DNA from: Neovahlkampfia damariscottae | Lineage: Eukaryota | Length of the DNA stretch: 64,000 nt | Assembly: GCA_016618085.1 (NCBI GenBank) | Contig: JABLTG010000042.1 | Span: 1-64,000, forward strand | Direction of reading: 5' to 3' | In this document: positions 38,287 to 50,904 of the stretch, in pieces | Position numbering within the stretch: the first letter of the stretch is position 1 | Layout of the letters: the number at the start of each line of letters is the position of its first letter | Program-made: the position numbers and the translations under genes | The notes under the pieces: generated by a model | The model's input: the letters and a program-made list of their open reading frames with translations, nothing else | The model's database searches: none | What the model was told of the DNA's origin: nothing

Positions 38287-38765
38287 ATGAGTAACCCACA
38301 TGAAACTCGTGACAGAAAACCTCCAAAGTACTTAATAATTTACTAAACAAAAGATACTTACTTGAAAATTATGATTTAACCGATTTAAAATACAAAATAG
38401 TTGATGAAGAAGAAGTTAAAATTGAAAAAAAGAAAGTTACTAAACAAAATAAAACAACAAAAAAAAAAGGGACAAAAAAATCAAAAACTACTAGTATTCT
38501 TGAAGGTGATGATATTATTGATGATTTACCAGAATATATATGGCAATATGAAGATAATGGTTTCAATAATTATGATGTTGAAGCATCAGAAGTAGTTGAA
38601 GAAGTGTACCAACAATGGTTAAAAAATCCAGGTGACTTTGATGTTAGAAGTGTTAAAAGTGGAGGATTTCATTATATGGTTGATTTTAGAAAAATGACTC
38701 AAATGAACGTTGATCATGAAAATCATACAATCAGAAACATTAGAAGAGTAAAAACAAATGAATAA
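38287..38765 (+). CDS. WWE-domain protein
   Basis: IWQYEDNGFNNYDVEASEVVEEVY..YMVDFRKMTQMN..RNIRR; one intron. Confidence 0.85.
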
Positions 38766-38768
38766 TAT

Positions 38769-39658
38769 TTATTTTTCATAAACCATTAAACAAAATAAAT
38801 TTAATTTTTCTAATTTATTAATTGTTTTGATATAAGAATTTGAATCAAATTTATTCAAAATTGAATTAATTTCATTATCAAAATTTTGATTATCTTTTAT
38901 TTTTTTTAAATTTAAAGATAATAAATGAAATGAACAATCTAAACATTCAATAAAAGCAGAATAAAAACATTCACTAAGTTTATTTTAGTAATTTAACACA
39001 AATACACACACACTTACTCATTAAAACATTGATATAATATATCATTCAATTCTTCTTGTTCTTGTTCTTCTTCTTCTTCTCTTTTCATTTCTAATATATC
39101 AAATTCATTTTCAATTTTTGAACGAATATTTAAAATAATATTATCAAAATTAGAATCCATACTCAATCCTATATTTAAATTAATATCATTATTATCTTTA
39201 AATTCAATTAAATATTTTGATATTAAATTTAAAAATGAATTAAAAATAGTAGTCTTAAATTTATTCTCAAAAAAATGAATCAAAAAATCTTTCTGACTTT
39301 TAAAAGTTATATTCTTTTCTTTTAAAAAAATGAATTGATTTATAATATTAATTTGTATTTTTGAAATTAAAAATATGAAACAAATTGAATAAATTACACT
39401 TAATGATTTTTTAATTAAGTATTCATCATTTTTAATAAATTTCTCTTTTTTAAAATATTCTTCAAAAAAAGGTAAAATTATTTCATTAAACGTTATTTCT
39501 TCATTAAATATTTTAAAATTCTCTTCTTTTTCTTCTTCATTCTCTTTTATCCATTCGGAATATATTTTTAATCCAATACCTATTGCAGCAATACTTCCAC
39601 TGAGAATTATGATTTTTTTTTTATGTTTTGACACAAATTTTTCAATCTCTGAAAACAT
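38769..39658 (-). CDS. Peroxin-3-like
   Basis: FVSKHKKKIIILSGSIAAIGIG N-terminus, SKIQINII, SQKDFL; one intron. Confidence 0.7.
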
Positions 39659-39745
39659 ATTCACAACAATGAATTCAAATGGTACACAGGATTGAACAAG
39701 AAAATAATTGGTTAGTATTTTGAACCAATAAAAATTAAAAATATT

Positions 39746-41358
39746 TTATTCTAAATTAAAATTTGATTTAAATGAATTTATGATATCATTATATTCTAAT
39801 ATATATTTATCATCTTTATTTTGAAACATCAAATTTAAAACATCTAATTCATTCAATGCTCTTTGTTTTAAAAGTAATTTAATTCTATTTTTAATTTCTT
39901 CGTCACTTGAAATAATAGAAAATAAATTAAAAATTAAAATATAAATTGATAAACCACCTGAATTTAATCTTTCATAAAATATTAAATCATCATCAACATT
40001 TTCATAAATTTGATTTAAATAACCAAGTTTTAATGATTTATCAAAATTTAATAATTGATTTCTATAAAATAAAAAGAAATCAAATAAATGATCTAATTTT
40101 TCAAATTCATTTTCTTTAAATTTATTAAAGAATCTAAATGAATCTAAATATTTTGAAATTAAAACTAAACAATTTAAAATATGTTCAATACAAGTATTAT
40201 TATTATTTAATTGGTTTGTATTTGTCAATGATTCGAATCCCGCTTCAGTCTCTATTTTTTGTTTTAAAAATAATGGAAATATTATTTTAATTCCATCTTG
40301 TTCAACAAATCTTTTAATATTCTTTTCATTATTTGATAAACAAAAGTTCAATGCTTTCATTGATGAATTTCTTGAATATTTTTTATTTTTAATAAATGAA
40401 ATTAAAAATTCAATTCCTTCTATTTTTCTAAACTTTTCAGATATTTCAAAATTTAACAATAATGAACATAAAGAATTGAATAAATTTTTAAATATTTCTT
40501 TTTCTTCTGATATTTCAGGTTTATTCTTTTTATAAAAATTTAAACTTTTTAATAACATTTCTAAATTATCATCTTTTAAAAATAATAATTTAAATTCATT
40601 TAAATCTTTAACAAAATTATCATCACTAGTATTTGGAATTATACTCAAACTTGTAAATATAGATAATAATTCAGATGCATATAACTTTTGAAAAAGTTTA
40701 AAAAAATTGATATTACTTTTAAATCATTATATTTTTCATTCAATACTTTCTTTAATAAAACATCCAATAAATTATCATTTTTTGATAAACAAATAATTTC
40801 AGGTTTAATTTCACTTAAATTCTCTAATATTTCAAAACATCCATGAATACCTTCTGATTCATCTTTTTTTGTTTCATTTAAACATAATAATAATTTTAAT
40901 ATTCGATCTAAAATATTCTCTTTCATTAATTCATCAATTAAAATAATAGATTCTTCATTCTCTAAAATAGTTGTTGGATCTGTCATTTCTCTTAATACTT
41001 CAATAACTTCTAACCAAATATCTGAAAAAAGAATGATTTAGAATATATTTTGGTTTTTACCTGAATTCTCATGAGTCAAAAGTGAAAGTAATGAATTTAA
41101 TCCTTCATATTTTATAAAATGTTTATAAAGATCAGGTTGAGTCGCTAAAACTTGAAACTTTTTTATTTCTTCATCTAATTCAATTTCACTTTCCATAAAT
41201 TTTTCAGGCTCATTTTTATGTTTCATACGAAGAATTAAGTTATTATTTATGGCTTTTTCAAAACTTAAAATGTTTTTTTTCAAGATATTTATTTCATTGA
41301 TTGAAGTTTCTTCTTCATTCAGTTTTCTTCTTTTTGGTTCTTTGAAAGAATTTGACAT
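39746..41358 (-). CDS. CTNNBL1: Beta-catenin-like protein 1 (spliceosomal)
   Basis: FEKAINNNLILRMKH..PEKFMESEIELDEEI, LLSLLTHEN, LYASELLSI, KFKENEFEKLD. Confidence 0.9.
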
Positions 41359-41489
41359 TTGATTGGTTCAATTAGATTCTGAGGAAAATTTAAAGAAAAC
41401 CAATATTGGAATCAAATTCATAACATTAATTTATTAAATTCAGAGGTGGATTATGAACAAAATTTAAATAAAATGTCGAATCTTTTTCT

Positions 41490-42025
41490 TTATAATTTTG
41501 TCAATGGGAACATCCATTCCAACTAAAATATTACATTGAGAAAGTGGTACTTACAAATTGTTTGTGTTCATCTTTATTCATATTAGTTTCAATTGTATTT
41601 TCTTCATTATTTATTAAGTTAAGCAAATTTAATGGTTCTTTGTTTTTCTTTATTGTCTTTTTATCAAATTTTTTCTGTTTCCATTCTTCGAAACTTAAAT
41701 TTTCTTCTTCTTCTTCTTCTTCCAAAAACTTGAATTTGTCTTCCTTTTTTGAATCTTCCAAAATTTGTTTGAATAAATCTAATTTATTTTTTGAAACATC
41801 CTCAAATAAATCAGTTTCTTCTTCTTTGATTTCTGTTTGTTTTTTTGATTTCTGAATCTTCCAGTTTGAATAATCTGGAAGAGTATATTCTTCATCTTCT
41901 TCTTCTTCAATAGTTTGTTCTTTTTTATTATTAATTTTCTTATCATCAAATGACCAAGTTGTATAATCAGGAATATCTTCTTCTTCTTCTTCTTCTTTTA
42001 CATTCACTTTTTTAGTTGGTTCCAT
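41490..42025 (-). CDS. Hypothetical acidic protein with repeated PDYxxW motif
   Basis: ORF with CCAAT just upstream of ATG; IPDYTTW/LPDYSNW; one 3' intron. Confidence 0.55.
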
Positions 42026-42053
42026 TTTGATTGGACAAAATAAAAATACATTT

Positions 42054-44278
42054 TTATTCTTCTTCTTCTTCAATCAAAGATCTTTGACTATGAATTGAAT
42101 CAGTATTATCATTTAAATCAATTTGTTTTTGAAATCTTTTATAAAAATTTTGAGAGAGAAATAAAAAGAAAGTGATCATTACAATGAAACAACCAAAAAA
42201 TAAAGAAAATATTTGTGAAAATATACCTTCTTTTAAATAAATTCTTGAACCTCTATTCAACCAAATTGATTCTGTAAATATGGAATCATAATTTGATTCA
42301 TTCAAAACTATCCATTTTTTATCTTTAAATTCCAAATCTTTTGAATACTGTTATTGTAAATACATTTAGAATTTTAAAAAAGATAATACTGAATGATGAT
42401 AATATGTTGATATTTTTATACATTTATTTGAAATACATGTTTCATTTTCATTACAATATTTAACATCTAATGGATGAGTCTCACAATATTTTAATGAACT
42501 ATTATCCAATTGAGTTAATTTTGACATAAATTCAAAAATGAAATATTGATTCTCATTTATATTATTATAAAATCTAAATACACCAGAATAACTTGATTGT
42601 TTTAATAAAGTATTTGATAATTCTTTAATTAAAGTACAATTTGATTCAATTTTCATTGAATTTATATTTTTATATTTTGATATTTCAAAAAGTGATGTTG
42701 CAAGTAGTGATGATATTTTACAAATTTGATTTAAATTAATATTTTCAATATTATCAAATTTACTTTGATAATATTTATTTTTAAATTCATCATCAAATTC
42801 ATTTAGAATGATACCACTTTTATCATGAAAAAGAAATGAATTTAATGATCCAGGTGGTATTATATTAGATAATTTACTTTGTTTTATTTTGATTCCATTA
42901 TCTAAAAGTGTTGAAACATTCTTAAAAATATTAAATAAATAAGTGATATTAGAAGATTTGAAATGTTCATCATTTGGTTTGTTATTAAGGGTAGGTTTGT
43001 TTTTGGGTGAGGGTTTGTTCTTCGATTTGTCATTCAATTTATCATCAATTGAATGAAAAAATAAAGTATTATTATTTTCACCAATTTGACCAATTTCAAT
43101 TACGTGTTCAATATCTTTTCAATAGGTTAATTTTCCAAATTTAAAATTACCTAATATATCTTATATGATAAGTCGATTAATATTTTTAATAACTAACTTT
43201 TAAATTCCATTGAATAAATGAATGGATCCAAACAAATTGATTTTAAATATTTTTTACACTTAAATTGATTTATGTCTTCCAACCATTTTTTTGAACCAGT
43301 ATAACCAAATGACTCACCTGTAAAAAATGAAAATAATATATTTTTTTCTAAATGATTTGGATTAACTAATCTTTTAATTGCATCAGCTGCAGCTAAATTT
43401 GAAATTACAGAAGACAATGTTCTTGCATTCATTGAATTTGAATGAAATAAACTCAAAGAATCTGATTGACTGGTTGAAATTATAAATTTTTTTTTTTGAT
43501 AATTTTCTTTAAAAAATAATACACTCCAAACTGATTGACCTCCAATTGGATCACATAATTGTTTTTCCAAACATTCAATTGAATTTTTTGACTTGAAAGA
43601 ATTATAATCATATAATAAGTCAATTTGAAATTGAAACTGATTTCTTAAATTTAAAATTGATTGTTCTTTAATTTCATTTGACTGTTCTTTTGATAATTGT
43701 ATCACTGGATATTCAAAATATTCAAAATTTAAATTTGATCCAATAGGATTCCAATTATATCCTTCAATACTTTCATTTTTGAAATGAAATCCGAATTTAA
43801 AATTTGGTGATTTTGATCCAGGTGAGTACCCTTTGGTAGGTATAACTCCAAATTCATTCAAAATTAATAATCCTTTTATATCTTTGAACTTTGAAAATGT
43901 TTCTCTGTATTTATTGGTTAATTGTATATTCTCTTACTTGTGAATTAATTCTTCAGATAAAACAATAATAAATTGATTGGTATCACTTCTAATTGAAAAT
44001 TCTTGAATATTTTCTTCATTCAAAATTGGATAAAGAGGTCCGGTGACTTTATTTCCAAATTTTGATGTTCCTGATGAACCAAAATGTCCTATAATGTTAT
44101 TAAAATTATACTAACCTTTTGGACTTGAAAGTAAAATCATTTGATCTTTATCATTCAAAGTTGTAAAAATTTTTTCGTAAACCACTGAAGAAGGTGTGCC
44201 GGTATTTTGTGGTCTCCCAAATAAAAATTGTTGGTATGTACAAGTTACGAAGAAAAATAAACAAAAAATCTTCAACAT
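42054..44278 (-). CDS. NCSTN: Nicastrin (gamma-secretase subunit)
   Basis: WNPIGSNL, CDPIGGQSVW, FFTGESFGYTGS, IPPGSLNSFL, YYQSKFD, FTESIW then TM helix. Confidence 0.88.
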
Positions 44279-44517
44279 GCTCCAGTTCAGTTTGAGGTGT
44301 TCAATAATTGGGCGATGTCAACGAATCAAAACTTTCTTTCAGAAATAATTTGTTTTTTCAAACGACAATTTGTGAGCAAACTATGTCATCAATTCTAGTG
44401 AACCTAAAGTTTTAGGGTTTAATTTCAACATAAAATTTTCGTCGAACTAAAAAAAAAAATTATAATTGGCTCAAATTTTGACCAATCAATTCGTTCAATA
44501 ATTGCACAAAGTTTAAC

Positions 44518-44970
44518 ATGGTGAGAAAAATTTCTAACTAACGAATACAAGAGTGACGATTCATCAAAAGCTGTTCCTTTAGCGGATTCAAAACTTACAC
44601 AATCAATTGTTGAATTGTTACAACAAGCTTCTACTTTTAAACAAATAAAAAAAGGAGCAAATGAAGCAACCAAATCATTAAACAGAAATCAAGCTGAATT
44701 TATTATTATGGCTGCGGATGCTGAACCACTTGAAATTGTTCTCCATCTTCCTTTATTATGTGAAGATAAAGTAAGTTCAAATTAGTTTTACCAACCACCT
44801 TTTTAAAGAATGTTCCTTATATCTTTGTTAAATCAAAAACACAACTTGGAAGAGCTTGCGGTGTATCAAGAGAAGTAGTTGCAGCGTCAGTAATTTCAAA
44901 CGATAAAAATCAAACTTTAAAAAAATCTATCAACGCTTTGAAAGATGAAATTGAAAGATTATTAATTTAG
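44518..44970 (+). CDS. SNU13: Snu13/15.5K (NHP2L1) K-turn binding protein
   Basis: [63 protein letters not shown]; missed by the ORF track. Confidence 0.95.
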
Positions 44971-45009
44971 AAAATAAAATAAATTTTGAAAAAAAACAAC
45001 AAAAAATAT

Positions 45010-46438
45010 TTAATGTTCTGACCATTTGATTGTTTTTAAATCAATTCCTTCATTGAACATTTCATATAAAGGTGAAAGTTCTCTTAATCTTGTGACCTCT
45101 GTGATACATTTTTCTGCAACATAATCAATTTCTTCGTCTGTTGTGAATCTTCCAATACCAAATCTTAAAGAAGTATGTGCTAATTCTTCATCAACGCCTA
45201 ATGCTTTAAGAACATAACTTGGTTCTAAAGAAGCACTTGTACAAGCAGAACCACTTGATAAAGCAATAGTCGATAAAGACATCAATAAAGATTCTCCTTC
45301 AACAAAAGCAAAACTAATATTTAAATTTCCAGGATATCTCTGTTCAAAATCACCATTAATTTCAATGTGAGGAATATTTTCTTTAAGTTTCTTCAATAAA
45401 CGTTTTGATAATCTGGTTACGTGTTCTAAATCTCTTTCCATTTCTTCATTTGCAACAGAACAAGCTTCTCCAAATCCAATGCAAAGTGGTGCTGCTAATG
45501 TTCCACTTCTTAAGCCTCTTTCTTGTCCACCACCAGTAATCAATGGCAAAATACGAACACGTGGATGTTTTCTTCTAACGTATAGTGCTCCAATACCTTT
45601 TGGTCCATAAATTTTGTGTCCAGAAATTGACATCAAATCAATTTTATCTTCATTCACATCAATTGGTATTTTACCAACTGCTTGAGCCGCGTCTGTGTGG
45701 AAAAATACTTTGTTCTTTCTGCAAATTTCACCAATTTGTCTGAAAGGTTGAATGACACCAATTTCATTGTTGCATGCCATAATAGAAACAATAGATGTTT
45801 TATCTCTTTAAAGAATAAGTATTCCAAATAAAATGTACGTTATAGCATTTTTTAACTCTTCCAAATCAATGATTCCATTTTTTTGAACTGGAAGATAAGT
45901 CACTTTAAAACCTTCTTCTTCCAAATATCTACAAGTATCTAAAACGCATTTATGTTCCTTTTAATGAGTTATTTCCAATCGTTGCTTACAATTTGAGTTG
46001 TTATAATATGGTTCTTTGAGTCTTTATAAAATTTTGCCACACCTTTAAGTGCAGTATTATTTGACTCCGTTGCTCCGGATGTGAATATAATTTCTTTTGG
46101 GTCAGCCTGTTTGGAAAAGTAAAAAAAAAAAAAAAAATCAAACTCCGACAAGATCAGCAATTTGCTTTTATGATTAATTTAAAACTTAAACTTACTTTTC
46201 TTGCTTCTTCTACACCTTTTTCTGTCATCCATCCGAATTCATGAGTCCTACTGTGAGGATTTCCATAATCGTGAACCATATAAGGCATCATTTTGTCAAG
46301 TGCTCTTGGGTCAAGAGGTGTTGTTGCTTGAAAATCAAAATAAACTGGTTTATAAATTTCTTCATTTAATTTGAGTGAATTTTGATGGAATTTTGTCTTT
46401 CTGACAATGTTTTTGTTTTTTTGAAGCAATTTTTTCAT
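45010..46438 (-). CDS. NFS1: Mitochondrial cysteine desulfurase
   Basis: [61 protein letters not shown]; 4 introns. Confidence 0.97.
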
Positions 46439-46623
46439 TCCTGCAAAATTATTTGATTGGTTGGTTGCAACCAAAAACAGGATACTTAAAATTTTATTTT
46501 CAAATTTTAGAATTTAATATTTATCAAATTGAAGAGTCTTTTTAGAAATTTAGTTTCCAAATTTGATAAATTTTGGATCAAATTTGACCAATCAAATTCT
46601 TTTTTGATATTCGTTACGACAAC

Positions 46624-48278
46624 ATGAAACTAGAAATTAATGGAAAGACGAATGAAACCAACAAAAAAATTCCGACAATGCAGCCTGTACACAGAAGCTG
46701 TTGTAACTCCAAGAGTGGTAAAATAACAAAAGAAAACTGTTGTTTTGATTGTATTCATTGCTACACTTATCAGTTGCTTGAAAGGATACATCCTTCAAAG
46801 TCTTCTCAAAAAAGAAGGTTGGACATTTTTGAAAAAATAGAAAATATTTTCAAAAAACATGAAATTAAAGTACAAACAACAATAATAATTAAAACCTTTT
46901 AGTGTTATCTTTTTGGTTCAGTTGGATTGAAAACATACTTACCAGATGGAGATATTGATATTGCACTTGATTTAGGTGACAAAAATCCATCCATTGTTTG
47001 CAAAATTTTGGAACAAGAAATGAAAGAGCATAATATTGAAGAGATAACTTTCATTAACGCAGAAGTAAGTATTTTGAAGACTAAAAAATCAAGGTTAAAC
47101 TTGTAAAATGTAAATTTGAAGGAATGAGTATTGACATGACAATTAATCAAATTGGAGGTGTAATTACTCTTCAATTTTTAAACGAAGTTGATAAAATTTT
47201 TGGACATGATCATTTACTCAAAAAATGTTTAATTTTATTAAAAGCATGGTCATATTATGAAGCACATATTTTAGGAGGACATATAGGTAAAGAAGAATAA
47301 AAATTAAAAAAAAAAAAAAAAGGAATGCTTTCAACTTATTCAATTACAACCATGTTGATAAATATAATGAATTTCAAAGATATTATTAATTTAAATCCAA
47401 TTGAAATTTTAAATTATTTTTTTGAATATTATCGTAATTTTGATTTTTCAAAACCAATTCAAATTGAAACAACTAATGAATCAATTATTACAGATGAATT
47501 TTTAAATAAATGGAGATTAATAAGTGAAGATGCACCTTTTTTTAAACAAAAATATTTAAATATTATTGATCCATTAAGACCAAAAAATAATATTGGAAAA
47601 TCAGTTTCAAATTTTCATTTTCATAGAATAAAACAAACATTTAAAAAAGGAAATGAAGATTTAAATAATATTTTAAATGAAAAAGATATTTCAAATTTAT
47701 TAAGTCATTTTTTTAAAAATACATGGGAACAATATAAAGGTGATTATCATCTTTATACTTCAAAAATTACATCTCCAAGAGAATTAATTCATTTAGAATC
47801 AGATTTAAAATTTTCAAAAATTAAATCTAATCAAGTAACTGGTATTGGTAGTGGTAGTATTGGTAGTACTAATACTATGAATAATATAATGGGTAGTCCA
47901 ATAGTTAATCCAATAATGAATAACAAAACTAAAATTAATTCAACCAATAATACCATCATAAATACTACCACTTTAGAAAATGCTTTAAAAAATTTGAAAA
48001 TTGAAAATGATAAATTTAAAAATAAGAAATATAATGGAACCAAAGTTCATAATGGACCATCAACTAATACAATCAATAACACAACTAATAATCATTCAAC
48101 TAAAAAAGAAAGAAATTTTAAAAAGAAATCATTGAAATCTTTTGAAAAATTAGAAAATTCAAATCATCAAAATTTGAATAAAACACAAATAATAGTAAAT
48201 GAAAAATCGAAAGAAGGTATTAATACAACATCAACTATTCATAAAATAAAAAAGAAAAATAAAAATATAAAAAAATAA
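46624..48278 (+). CDS. Non-canonical poly(A) polymerase / nucleotidyltransferase (PAP/OAS1-type)
   Basis: FGSVGLKTYLPDGDIDI, INAE|VKLVKC, LLKKCLILLKAWSYYEA, LSTY, LNIIDPLRPKNNIGKSVS. Confidence 0.88.
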
Positions 48279-48285
48279 ATTTTTT

Positions 48286-49273
48286 TTATTCATTTAAAAA
48301 TAAATCAAGTGAACTTTCTTCTTTTTGATCATCCAATGCATTTACAATTGATTCAATGGTTGTAACATCAATTGGTTGAATTAAACCATTATTATGATTA
48401 ATATCATCATTTGTTGATTGATTTGATGATGAATCCCATTCTAACTGATGAATTTCTTGTTCTGAGATTTTATATTTTTTTGAATTTAAATTTTCAAAAT
48501 TCATTTGTTCAACTGTTCTTTTTTGATTTGATTGTAAATTTTTAAGAAAATTTAAATTATTTTCAGAATTTAAAATTAAATTTGATACATTCTCTTTTAA
48601 TGATTTTTGAATTTGAATTTCTTTTTCTAAATCATTTATATAATTCTCTCTAACTTGATTTTCTTCTGTCAACTTTTTTTTTTTCATTTCTTCTTCATTT
48701 ATTTTTTTTTTTATTTCTTCAATTGATCTATTTTCCCATTCATTTTTATTAAAATTTTCAACAGAATTATAATTTTGATTCAAATTTAAATATTTAATTA
48801 AATAATGTTCTTTTGGTTGACCAATTGATTTTAATTTTGAAATAAAACCAGTTTGAAATACATTCCTTTCTTTCCAAACATCAAATATTCTATTAATTCT
48901 TTTCTTTTCTTTAAAATTTCTATTGATTATTTTTTAATTATTTTTTTTTTTCTTACGGATAAATCTTTTCCAAAACATTTGGGAGAATATCAGAAAACTC
49001 ATTAATAAAATTTTGTGTTTTTTTTCTAGAATTTTGTATTACATCATTACAGACATACAGTAGAGTTAATTGTTGAGCCTGTGAAACTTTTTCAATTTCT
49101 TCTTTCCAAATTTTGACAGAAGATTTATAATACCTTTTGATGTAAAAAAATTGTTAAAATTAGAATAGGTACTTTGAATGATATATTATCCATAATGACA
49201 ATGACTCAATACTTTGTTGTGAGTTTGTGAGTTTCTTTAACTTCTCTCTGAATTGAACTTCAAATGTTTCCAT
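48286..49273 (-). CDS. RPRD1/CID-domain Pol II CTD-binding protein
   Basis: KLKKLTNSQQSIESLSLWI..QLTLLYVCNDVIQNS..RIFDVWKERNVF. Confidence 0.85.
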
Positions 49274-49322
49274 TCAAACGATTTTTTTTGAATTGTCCAA
49301 TAGAAATCTAAAAAAGAATAAT

Positions 49323-50273
49323 TTATTCAAAATAGTCCCAGTGTTCAATTCCAAGTAATTTTTGACCCAAATCTGTCAATTTAGCAGGTGTATTCATTTG
49401 AATTTCTTTAAAATCACCAAACTTTTTCGGTACAGTTGAGGATTCCCAACAAGAAATTCTCTCATTCAGAGTCATTGATTCCAAACATTCTTGATTTGAT
49501 CTTTTTTTATTTTTATCTTCAGGTACTGGATACATATTAATATATTGAGCTAATCTTGGTACATTTGATAGATTTTCTCCATTTCCATGAGCAAGTTCTC
49601 TTTTCCAAATAATAAGATCACCTTTTTTTACAATAATCTTTTTCAATTTATACTTTCTATCATAATACATATCCATTGGTATATTAATTGGAATACCTCT
49701 GAAGTGAAATTTTTCTTTCTCTTTTTTTCCAACTTTATTTTCATATTTTTTTTTGAAGTATTCAATTTCATTATTCATCCCAGGAACACAGTGAAATCCA
49801 CCCATCGTTTCATCAGTATCTTCAAGTGCTAAAACCCCTTGTAAATCTACAGCTGAATTTATATTATCCCAAATATCTAAATCCCAATGAACAAATCCTT
49901 TTGATAAATATTTTGGATAATCATCATTTATAGGTAACTTAAAACAACATCTGTCAATAGAAACCCATAATTTTGGATTATTATAAAGCTGAGAAAATGC
50001 TCTATAAATCTTTTCACTTTGTCTATTGTTCCAAATGGATTGGGAATGAGACAAATTCAACATTCCATTTCGGTTCAAAGGAGGTTTGTACCAATCTTTT
50101 GTATCACTAATAATGATTAAAGTATAGTATAATTACTTTTTATCAAGTTTACAATATTTGAAAATGTCTGATACAACATCATCACACGCTTCCTTTGTTA
50201 CTGCAGACTTCAGAACAATGTATCCATTTTTCTGATAAAATTCAATCTCTTCTTTTGAAAAAACCTCTTCCAT
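49323..50273 (-). CDS. Phytanoyl-CoA dioxygenase (PhyH)-family 2OG/Fe(II) oxygenase
   Basis: FYQKNGYIVLKSAV, LWVSIDR, HWD, LQGVLAL, GGFHCVPG, GDLIIW..AHGN..PRLAQY. Confidence 0.88.
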
Positions 50274-50505
50274 TCTGTTTTGGCAAATAAAAGACTTTTG
50301 GCATCTTTTATAGTTTTTTTTTTCAAACTCCAATTTGAAATCAGATGTTAATTGGTCAATTATTTCTTCTTCTTGAAGTAAAACAACTCAGAATTTTAGG
50401 AACCAGTTAAAAGAACGTTAACACATTGAAGAAGAATCTCTAAAACTATAACTATTGGTTTAAAAAACAAGACTTGAAAATCTAGTTTAGTTCTAAGCAA
50501 AAAAA

Positions 50506-50756
50506 CAAGTCTGGCGTTTAAAAGTTTATCTCAGCTTTCTTCGCATCGTCTATAAAATGAGCATTACAAGAAATAGGGTTTGAAAAATGCTGCGAATAAT
50601 AAATATTTCGAAAAATAAAAAATCAGTTTGAGTTTTAACAGAATTATCGATCAAAGGGCTCCTTGGCTATGTGCACTGGATGTTCGTCCAATTGCAGCTG
50701 GTTTGCTCTCAGGCATCTGAAGTTTTTCATCATGATTTCCTTTTGCCAGAAACTTG
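50506..50756. ncRNA. Candidate structured non-coding RNA (~250 nt), family unassigned
   Basis: GC-enriched non-coding island with a closing stem CAAGTCTGGC/GCCAGAAACTTG and internal hairpins; T-runs beyond both ends; minus strand has ATGATGA and CTGA boxes. Confidence 0.45.
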
Positions 50757-50904
50757 ATTTTTTATTTGAACCAATGAGATGAAAAATAATTATGGTAGTT
50801 TTTTTTCTCATGAAAAGGGTAGTTGAATCCACAAACAAAATTCAATATTCTACTTCGAAACTAAAAAAAAAACAACCAATCAAACTAATTCATAATTCAA
50901 CCAG

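Noticed and set aside
44401..44420. TTTAGGGTTT telo-box-like motif upstream of SNU13
   Set aside because: Single occurrence and does not match this genome's TTTGGG repeat; insufficient support
44425..44673. Antisense ORFs in the track (also 9473, 16824, 28930, 41544, 51160 and others)
   Set aside because: Shadows of real genes on the opposite strand
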